The notes beneath the pieces were generated by a model. That model made no database searches. It saw nothing but the letters and a program-made list of their open reading frames with translations, and was not told where the DNA came from. A stretch of 64,000 nucleotides of DNA from a virus. The translations under genes were made by a program, and so were the position numbers. This document shows, piece by piece, positions 58,101 to 64,000 of this stretch. The first letter of the stretch is position 1, and every line of letters starts with the position of its first letter. Where the stretch lies: positions 1 to 64,000 of the IMG/VR virus record IMGVR_UViG_3300007345_000027. The stretch is one strand, 5' to 3'.

Positions 58101-60858
58101 GGTTGGTGAAGAAGCATCATCTATAGATGCTTTTAATGCCGCTAGAGATTTAATGAAGCAGGCAATTACTAATCAACTTACGGTAACAGATTTAACTATT
58201 ACTGCTGATCCAGTGACTGGAGATAATCAGTCATCAGATTCATGTGCTAATGTACAAAGTGCAATTGACACTTTAACTTCTTTAGTTGTTGTAATAATTG
58301 ATGCAGGAAATCTTGATCTCTTAAAAACAACTTATGTTAATGCAGGTATTTTTGTTGCTGGAGAAAATAAGTGTCGTAGAGACATCGGATTTATTGTAGA
58401 TGCTCTCGAAAAGGATATTAGATATGGGACTAATAAATTTATTAGAGAATCTACCAGAGCATATTTTGATGCAAATGGTGCACCAATTACAAATGGATTA
58501 CTTGGAGAGGAGTCAGAATCTATAACGGCATTTAATAGTATTCGCGATTATGCTAAGAAAGCAATTACAAATCAATTAAATGTAAAAGATTTAACGATTA
58601 CAGCAGATCCTCTGACAGGTGATAATCAAGATCCTAGTTCTTGTGCAGATGTGCAAACGAATATTGATAATATTATTGCAATTATAACCACAGTAATTAG
58701 TGACGGTAATTTATCAAATTACCCAGCGTTATACGTTTCTAATAAAGTTGAAGTAAATACAGGAACTACAACAAAAGCACACAATTATGTAAATGGTGGA
58801 ACGTTAACTTCCAATTACACATCTGAAATTTATCCTGATGGAACTTTTGGTTATATTTTCCCAGTTAAAGATGTTCTTAGTGATGATGTATTTGAAGTAG
58901 TAACTGGCAAAACAGTATTACCTCATACATATGAAAGTGGTGGAACAGTTAAAAAGGTTAGTAACTTCCAATCTGAGTTCACTCAAGTAAAAGATTTATC
59001 TATTCAATCTGATTATAAGTCTGGATTTAACAATACGATTAATTCTTGTACTGATGTTGCATCAGCAATGAGGTCATGTGTTGGGGTTGTCACCAATATA
59101 GTTGGTTTAGGATCAACAGCATTCTCAACAATTGGATTCAATACAACATATCCTGGAAATCGTGGAGAAGGATTTGATCATCTCTCAGGAATTTCTAGTG
59201 CTGTTTACGAAAAAGAATCTGGAAAAACAACTCTTAAAGCATTAGGATATACACCTAACGTTGGTGATTTGGTTGAAATTAGAGACCTGTTATTCTCATG
59301 TTCCTCTGGTGGATCTATTTCAACAACAAGATTCCCATCTGGATATTTTGGATATGAGTTCTATGTAACTAAGGTACATGGTGATAATTCTTTTGATGTA
59401 TATACTGGTGTTAGTACTATTCCACACACATATGTTTCTGATGGGTATGTTGTTAATCGTTCAATGAACATTACACAAGCAGATTACACACATACTACAG
59501 GAATAGTTACAATTACTTCACCTGGAATTAAGTTAAGATCAGGTGATTTGGTTACTTTGAGAGATATGGAATTTGCATGTTCTAGTGGAGCGGCTACTAC
59601 AACAATATATCCTTCTGGAAATAACGGTTATGCATTTAGAGTATTAAGTGCAGATAATGAAAATGATACTTTTACGGTAAATGTCGGAACTTCTAGTGTA
59701 GATCATACTTATGTTGTTGGCGGAACTGTTACACCACCATATTCTAGAGGGGTTGGTAATATTGTTCAAGGACCTTATACTAGAAACTGTACAAACTTTA
59801 TTCCAAATTCTATCGGAATGAAAGTTGATGGATTTGAGGCAGAACCTGGTGATTTACCAGATATTGGTGTTACAGGAACGATGAGTGTTGATTCATATAC
59901 ACAGTATAACCAAGGAGGAATTGGAGTTTCTATTACAAATGGAGCATATTCTCAGTTAGTTTCTATATTTACCATTTGTAACGATACAGCAATTTTCACC
60001 GCTTCAGGTGGGCAATGTGACTTAACAAACTCAAACTCCTCATTTGGTAGATTGGGATTGGTTGCTGATGGTGTCGGTGATGAAACATCTAAATCAATTT
60101 ATAGATATACTGGCATTTCTTCTGGAATAGCAGAAGTTGAGCAAGATACTATAACAGTTAGTGGAGTTGGTAGTTATCGTCCTTATGATGGACAAGCATT
60201 ATATTTTGGAGAGTTGTATTATACAGTTCAAAAAATTGAAGTTACTGATGGTGGTTCTGGATACATAGCACCTCCAATAGTTACAATTTCAGATCCAGAA
60301 GGACCAAATGGAATTGTTTGTGAGGGATCACCAAATATTGATGCAAGTGGAAGAGTAATCTCAGTAGATATTATTAGTGCTGGTAGTCAATATTTGACAA
60401 ATCCAACTGTTACGTTTACTGGTGGTGGAGGAGTCGGTGCAGCTGCAACTACCATAATTTATCCATTATATTATTCTATTGAAAGTGCAACAAAACCTGT
60501 TGCAGGAATCTCAACTATTGTTCTAAACCAGAATCTAAATAACACAGTGAGTGCTGGAACAACAGTCTATTTTAGTAGAGTAAGTTTACAAATTACATCA
60601 TCACACTCTTTTGAATGGGTTGGTGCTGGAAATAATATTTTCTCAGCAAAACCTGGATTGGGTGGAGTTGTTATAACTGAAAATGAAGTTGTAATGAACA
60701 ATGGTGGTCAAGTTGTTTATACCAGTACGGATCAAGCTGGTAACTTTAAAATTGGTGATCAGTTTACAATTAATCAACTTACTGGAACAATTAGTGGTAG
60801 AGCATTCAGTCAAAGTCTGTTAAATACAGTAACACCTTTAATTCTTGCAATAGGATAA
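52144..60858 (+). CDS. giant (2904 aa) collagen-like tail fibre with pectin-lyase-like beta-helix and four helical CxxD repeat domains
   Basis: Long Gly-X-Gln tracts; FVS..GDD.N.G.....TI..A...DTI.V.PG.Y.E beta-helix start; C-terminus PLILAIG. Confidence 0.85.
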   Translation: MARINIYSTNQPPEQLSLLEIDDLKVGTGVTVYGNTGIVSAVSVYAQNYYGDGSNLENVGIEVSAIDTLTIDPETGNGVISNQITNVKAIRFDTDSGFAVSDLGDGAVQIALNSTFKYWEVDGQDTLEAEGLDTVKIVAGVGIALTTQNIDGDKRLTITGTVGAQGLQGTLSNFQGTQGLQGLQGHQGLQGNQGLQGNQGTQGNQGLQGVLGNFQGTQGLQGAQGLQGSQGSQGFQGLQGAQGLQGAQGVLSNFQGLQGSKGSQGAQGFQGVQGLIGEQGNKGDSGGTIWRFNTSTTQGDPGNGYFRFDNNTPADITKIYIDNIDSVGKNQTAWFDDWEILGSKPTVGYLHLQSSSPDGTISYIFEVTDVNAGTQGAFNTYYTLTVNLLTDTTSTIGANTKIAFFFAPIGRQGVQGLQGLQGFQGVQSAQGLQGLQGLQGPLSNFQGTQGLQGLQGVQSAQGLQGLQGLQGVISNFQGTQGLQGNQGTQGNQGLQGVVGNFQGTQGLQGVQSNQGTQGLQGVQGLQGLQGLQGPLSNFQGTQGVVGFPNGVPYEFDSETQRPLDPGGISNILYRVANGTLKFNNLSIASVNRIFISVQDYYGVSRSNWINGWDDPSFTNTIKGSLTISSAETNNPGAVIFYVTQVEDVTINGFSGSHRFLEVYVTYLSGSSSFDDTERLSISFNPTGVQGLQGVQGPLSNFQGTQGLQGLQGHQGVQGLQGLQGNLSNFQGTQGNQGVQGLQGLQGLQGLQGLQGFQGTQGCQGFQGLQGLQGMQGLQGPLSNFQGVQGSQGFQGLQGLQGLQGVQSAQGLQGLQGLQGLQGLQGNISNFQGTQGMQGLQGPLSNFQGVQGSQGFQGVQGPLSNFQGTQGLQGLQGLQGIQGNQGTQGVQGLQGLQGLQGNQGTQGLQGLQGLQGLQGLQGLQGLQGLQGLQGLQGLQGVIGNFQGTQGLQGNQGVQGLQGLQGVQSTQGTQGLQGPQGVQGTQGTQGVQGVQGVQGLQGNQGTQGLQGLQGVRSNFQGTQGTQGLQGPQGTQGLQGVQGTQGLQGHQGTQGLQGVQGTQGLQGIQGLQGTQGTQGLQGTQGTQGFQGVQGTQGLQGVQGIQGTQGLQGLQGPKGITQFEVDDTDEDVVLYPVMTNVTVGSTEVIEVSSEKLVFNPSSGSIGIGTSAITNTLTVVGTATATNYFGNGDTLSGIVTQIVPGIGIDIFETQVPGKGKVEVQSYKPVGRTIFVSINGDDNNTGLAENHPKRTIKGASSVALTNDTIKVFPGTYVEDNPVILNKIVSIEGTELRNCIITPKNPNQDLIYVNNGCHITDISFIGPEMTDGAAVVALQPLLGVATDRFFDAARMIRLNLDYIAKESVGFLTSGYSGFAGNHREQDAARLIDLNIDYIAAETVGFLTTAYVGSAGQPFVVTNSSGISTDPSNCEDDIKDILRSLSYDLKAGSNKKCVGAGLSYYDDGGTLLHIIGNDENGNSIQDATISAIQYAVGVTTYIIDNKDYKSQPGVTTYSQLAQNVSYSPILVGGGCTAVREKIRERVGIITNIIDNFNYATGITTIHGVRLESADCADDVGDIWRSVIYDITRGGNSKCVGAGKSYYDDDWNLAVGTLDNEKGEIEQTIATLDYSFDVARAIVNNSTWGGTVVGFGTTVVSADYDYSTGITTITATDHGLLKDDAVKIENLTYSCTSGSSGVPVGVITASYTNSTGITTIQTSGYLPISSGDRVKIEGLTFECVDGTDVYPDGNQGYEFTVQDVISSSSSSTTFIVNTGSTTYANPHTYVSGGQVSKLYTPVFTVDDADYDYLTGITTVTVTGTGPTGPYLFIEPGKRVKLGGLVFSCDQGQSVYPSGNNGYDFEVISTTDDRYVDAANLIKANRTEIIDKSLASIAISHPDFYYPNDVQTTRFSRFKDAYRLIQQNRTEIINSAWNTMQAGENPADSSTETKCKRDIGYFVDAVSTDVFTGGNSYSISFVKLYFNNGTPISNGLVGEEASSIDAFNAARDLMKQAITNQLTVTDLTITADPVTGDNQSSDSCANVQSAIDTLTSLVVVIIDAGNLDLLKTTYVNAGIFVAGENKCRRDIGFIVDALEKDIRYGTNKFIRESTRAYFDANGAPITNGLLGEESESITAFNSIRDYAKKAITNQLNVKDLTITADPLTGDNQDPSSCADVQTNIDNIIAIITTVISDGNLSNYPALYVSNKVEVNTGTTTKAHNYVNGGTLTSNYTSEIYPDGTFGYIFPVKDVLSDDVFEVVTGKTVLPHTYESGGTVKKVSNFQSEFTQVKDLSIQSDYKSGFNNTINSCTDVASAMRSCVGVVTNIVGLGSTAFSTIGFNTTYPGNRGEGFDHLSGISSAVYEKESGKTTLKALGYTPNVGDLVEIRDLLFSCSSGGSISTTRFPSGYFGYEFYVTKVHGDNSFDVYTGVSTIPHTYVSDGYVVNRSMNITQADYTHTTGIVTITSPGIKLRSGDLVTLRDMEFACSSGAATTTIYPSGNNGYAFRVLSADNENDTFTVNVGTSSVDHTYVVGGTVTPPYSRGVGNIVQGPYTRNCTNFIPNSIGMKVDGFEAEPGDLPDIGVTGTMSVDSYTQYNQGGIGVSITNGAYSQLVSIFTICNDTAIFTASGGQCDLTNSNSSFGRLGLVADGVGDETSKSIYRYTGISSGIAEVEQDTITVSGVGSYRPYDGQALYFGELYYTVQKIEVTDGGSGYIAPPIVTISDPEGPNGIVCEGSPNIDASGRVISVDIISAGSQYLTNPTVTFTGGGGVGAAATTIIYPLYYSIESATKPVAGISTIVLNQNLNNTVSAGTTVYFSRVSLQITSSHSFEWVGAGNNIFSAKPGLGGVVITENEVVMNNGGQVVYTSTDQAGNFKIGDQFTINQLTGTISGRAFSQSLLNTVTPLILAIG

Positions 60859-61218
60859 ATGGCAGTAGTAGCACTTAATAAATTCCGAACAATACGAGTA
60901 CCAGTAACTACTGATACTGTTGGTATATACACATGCCCAATTGGTGTTGCATCTATTGTAATATTATGTCAAGTCACCAATGTTTCTTCTGGAGCTGCAT
61001 TGAGTGCATATACAGTTAGTGCATTTCATTCAAGACCAACGGAATCAACTATAAATTTTGCTTTTGCCAATGAATTTTTAGTAGCACCTAATGATGGTGC
61101 AAATTTAGTTTCTGATGGAAGATTGGCATTAGAAACATCAGATAGTATTCAAGTCACTGCAAATGAAAATGGTGTTCTTGAAATAATACTTAGTGTACTT
61201 GAAACAGCAAAACAGTAA
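60859..61218 (+). CDS. small (119 aa) virion adaptor-like protein
   Basis: IYT.P.G, Q.TN, GRL.LET.D.I motifs; size and pattern match the other ~120-aa paralogues. Confidence 0.65.
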   Translation: MAVVALNKFRTIRVPVTTDTVGIYTCPIGVASIVILCQVTNVSSGAALSAYTVSAFHSRPTESTINFAFANEFLVAPNDGANLVSDGRLALETSDSIQVTANENGVLEIILSVLETAKQ

Positions 61219-61226
61219 TATAAAAT

Positions 61227-64000
61227 ATGGACCTTAATTCTAAAAGAGTTAAAAAACTTGCGAGAACGGGAATAACATCCGATAGATATCAATTTCTGGG
61301 ATTAAATCAAGCAGAACCAGATCTTGGAGATCCTTTAGTTGGAGTTTCTTCGATAGTCAATAAACCCATACCTGCTGGCGATCAGTATATGGTTGCTGCT
61401 GTCGATGGTTATGCTGGGGAAAGATATTGGATAAGAGCAACTGAAACACAAGGTGCTGGAATACAAGGTACTCAGGGACTGCAAGGTGCTTTGAGCAATT
61501 TTCAAGGTACTCAAGGTACTCAAGGATTGCAAGGTAATCAAGGGACACAAGGTTTACAGGGAAGACAAGGATTACAGGGTCCTTTAGGAAATTTTCAAGG
61601 TGTTCAAGGATTACAAGGACTTCAAGGATTACAAGGACTTCAAGGTTTACAAGGACTTCAAGGATTACAGGGTGTTCAAGGATCCCAAGGATTCCAAGGC
61701 GTTCAAGGTTTACAAGGACTTCAAGGATTACAGGGTGTTCAAGGATTACAAGGTAATCAAGGAACACAAGGTTTACAAGGAATGCAAGGACTTCAGGGTC
61801 CTTTAAGTAATTTTCAAGGAACACAGGGATCCCAAGGATTTCAAGGTGTTCAAGGTTTTCAAGGTATACAGGGATCTCAAGGTCTTCAAGGAATGCAGGG
61901 ATTCCAGGGAACTCAAGGATTTCAAGGTTTGCAAGGTTTGCAAGGCGTTCAAGGATTACAAGGTTCGCAAGGATTCCAAGGATTACAAGGATTACAAGGA
62001 AGAAGTCACCAAGGTGTTCAAGGTTTACAAGGAACGGAAGGATTCCAAGGTGCTCAAGGTATTCAAGGTATTCAAGGGTTGCAAGGAATCCAGGGTGTGC
62101 TTGGTAATTTTCAGGGCACTCAAGGGACACAAGGTTTACAGGGAATGCAAGGACTTCAGGGTCCTTTAAGTAATTTTCAAGGTGTTCAAGGATCTCAAGG
62201 ATTCCAAGGTGTTCAAGGTTTACAAGGACTTCAGGGAATTCAAGGAGGATTATCCCCTCAAGGTTCTCAGGGTGTTCAAGGAACTCAAGGTCCTCAAGGA
62301 ATACAAGGGTATAGTGGAATTCAGGGACCCCAAGGTACTCAGGGTTTACAAGGAGTTCAAGGTGTACAGGGTGTTCAAGGTAGAGGTATAACTGGTTCAA
62401 AAGGTGATCAAGGTACTCAAGGTGTACAGGGTACTCAAGGATTACAAGGCAGGAGAGGTTCACAAGGAATGCAGGGTGTCGAGGGTGAGCAGGGCACTCA
62501 GGGAACACAGGGAAGGCAGGGTGTTCAAGGCAGAATAGGTTTAGGTGGTATCAAGGGTGACACTGGTTCACAAGGTGCACAAGGTGTTAAAGGATTAACA
62601 TCTACAACACCTTATACATTGATGAATTTTGACATTCCAGGAGATTTGGTTGTTAATACTCAAACTGTTAGTAATAATTTAGTTGATGGTGTATCTTTTA
62701 CCACTGTAGGTAATATAAGTGGCATGAGTAACACATCTAATGTTACATCTGGAGCATCAATTGCATTATTTTCAGGGACAACTGGAGAAAGATGGGTAAG
62801 AACAAGTAGAAAAGTTTATTTTGCCACCATATCTAAGATATTTTTCTATGTCAATCAAGGTGGAAGTGGATGGGGTGAACAACCAGATTCTGGTGAAGGT
62901 TTATCACTCCAATATTCGTTCAACGGCACTAACTGGACTAACATTTTTACAATTCAACCATCAGATATAACAAGAAATACGTGGGTTCTTCAAGAAGTAG
63001 ATGTACCAACTGCAATACAAAATTATGAAGGTGCATATGTTAGATTCAAACAAGACAATAGTAGTGGAACTGCCTTTGATAACTGGGCTATAAGTGCATT
63101 AGCAATACAAATCACTTCTCCAAATACTGGTGGTATAGGTGGTGGAGGTGGTGGATCGGGAACTCTTATACTCGATGCAACAAATACCTCTAATGTTATG
63201 AGAGGCACTGTATATCAAAGATCATTAACTGATGCATTTTCTGATTTTGGAAATGTTTCATCAACACCATTACCTTGGATACAATCCAATGATTACGTTT
63301 TTCAATTTGGTACGTCTGGAGGTAGTATTGGTTCTACTGAAACGAGAACTATCACTACTAGAAATAAAATATTTTTAGCATCTTCAGAATTGGTTGAATT
63401 CTGGTCTCTTCCTGGTGGAGTAGGAGGTTGGGGTGAACAACCAGATGATTTGGAAGAAGTAATACTGGAATATTCTTATAATGGCACTACGGGTTGGAAT
63501 GAGATTGGGGAGAGGGGTAGGTTTAATAGCTCTTCCCAAAATGGTCTTAGATGGATAAGAAATGTATTTAAAGTTCCCGATGGTGCTAAAAACTCTGGTG
63601 GAGTTTTCATAAGACTAAAGCAATCATCTAGTGGTGCTAACATCGACCACTACCTGGTGAGTTCAGTTTACATAAGATCTTATTCTTCCAATACTAATAG
63701 TTCCTTTGCCGCTTTAGATTTTTCAAATTATGCTAGTGCTTATTTTCATAACGCATGGCCAACTACTATTGCCCAATATAACACAATAGGTGCAGTGAAT
63801 TTACCAACATCATCAACTGATGGTTTGATAAATCAATACACTCCAATATGTGTTTTTGATGAAGGTTCCCCTAATATTAGTGCAGATAGAAAAGTTATTA
63901 CACCAAATAGAATATACTTAAAAAATTCCAATACATTTTCATTCCATGTATGTAGAAATTGGTATGAAGGTCCAGATAATGGTGAAGAATTATTCCTTTA
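61227..64000 (+). CDS. collagen-like fibre with reelin-like repeats, 3'-truncated by window edge
   Basis: ATG 61227 ([10 protein letters not shown]...[16 protein letters not shown]) open to the window end; Gly-X-Gln tract ~61450-62590; absent from the track because it has no stop in the window. Confidence 0.85.
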   Translation, partial: MDLNSKRVKKLARTGITSDRYQFLGLNQAEPDLGDPLVGVSSIVNKPIPAGDQYMVAAVDGYAGERYWIRATETQGAGIQGTQGLQGALSNFQGTQGTQGLQGNQGTQGLQGRQGLQGPLGNFQGVQGLQGLQGLQGLQGLQGLQGLQGVQGSQGFQGVQGLQGLQGLQGVQGLQGNQGTQGLQGMQGLQGPLSNFQGTQGSQGFQGVQGFQGIQGSQGLQGMQGFQGTQGFQGLQGLQGVQGLQGSQGFQGLQGLQGRSHQGVQGLQGTEGFQGAQGIQGIQGLQGIQGVLGNFQGTQGTQGLQGMQGLQGPLSNFQGVQGSQGFQGVQGLQGLQGIQGGLSPQGSQGVQGTQGPQGIQGYSGIQGPQGTQGLQGVQGVQGVQGRGITGSKGDQGTQGVQGTQGLQGRRGSQGMQGVEGEQGTQGTQGRQGVQGRIGLGGIKGDTGSQGAQGVKGLTSTTPYTLMNFDIPGDLVVNTQTVSNNLVDGVSFTTVGNISGMSNTSNVTSGASIALFSGTTGERWVRTSRKVYFATISKIFFYVNQGGSGWGEQPDSGEGLSLQYSFNGTNWTNIFTIQPSDITRNTWVLQEVDVPTAIQNYEGAYVRFKQDNSSGTAFDNWAISALAIQITSPNTGGIGGGGGGSGTLILDATNTSNVMRGTVYQRSLTDAFSDFGNVSSTPLPWIQSNDYVFQFGTSGGSIGSTETRTITTRNKIFLASSELVEFWSLPGGVGGWGEQPDDLEEVILEYSYNGTTGWNEIGERGRFNSSSQNGLRWIRNVFKVPDGAKNSGGVFIRLKQSSSGANIDHYLVSSVYIRSYSSNTNSSFAALDFSNYASAYFHNAWPTTIAQYNTIGAVNLPTSSTDGLINQYTPICVFDEGSPNISADRKVITPNRIYLKNSNTFSFHVCRNWYEGPDNGEELFL

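Noticed and set aside
637-62508. Many alternative-frame and antisense ORFs over collagen regions (e.g. 637..900-, 3985..4329-, 54197..54643-, 61357..62508-, 'FKVFKD' ORFs)
   Set aside because: Shadows of the 9-bp Gly-X-Gln codon periodicity, fully overlapping the real fibre genes
1-64000. tRNA genes, introns or homing endonucleases
   Set aside because: No cloverleaf/T-loop motifs or HNH/GIY-YIG/LAGLIDADG ORFs recognised by eye, and thyX is uninterrupted; tRNAscan-SE would be the decisive check

Overview
64-kb segment of a T4-like marine cyanophage (cyanomyovirus), recognised from gp32/gp33/gp59, thyX, phoH, baseplate genes gp53/gp48/gp4/gp54/gp26/gp51/gp5, T4-type late promoters and NtcA-like boxes. 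Layout: (1) 1-16.9 kb accessory fibre genes (Gly-X-Gln collagens; MAM-like, LamG and beta-propeller heads; two 2OG-Fe(II) oxygenases); (2) 17-28.2 kb glycan biosynthesis island (glycosyltransferases, methyltransferases, WavE, nucleotidyltransferase, cupin, GDPD-like protein) containing a RuBisCO-like protein; (3) 28.2-36.7 kb core and nucleotide-metabolism genes, including an apparently nitrogen-responsive locus where a glutamine-riboswitch-like RNA has whole ORFs inside its stem-loops; (4) 36.7-52 kb baseplate/hub module with a likely -1 frameshift at gp26/gp51; (5) 52-64 kb giant collagen fibres, one with four nested phycobiliprotein-like domains and one with reelin-like repeats. Best leads: the RLP sugar cassette, the ORF-containing riboswitch, the phycobiliprotein-like fibre domains and a recurring 'hydrophobic C-terminus + ~120-aa adaptor + head domain' gene pattern. 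All family calls come from motif recognition by eye, not database searches.
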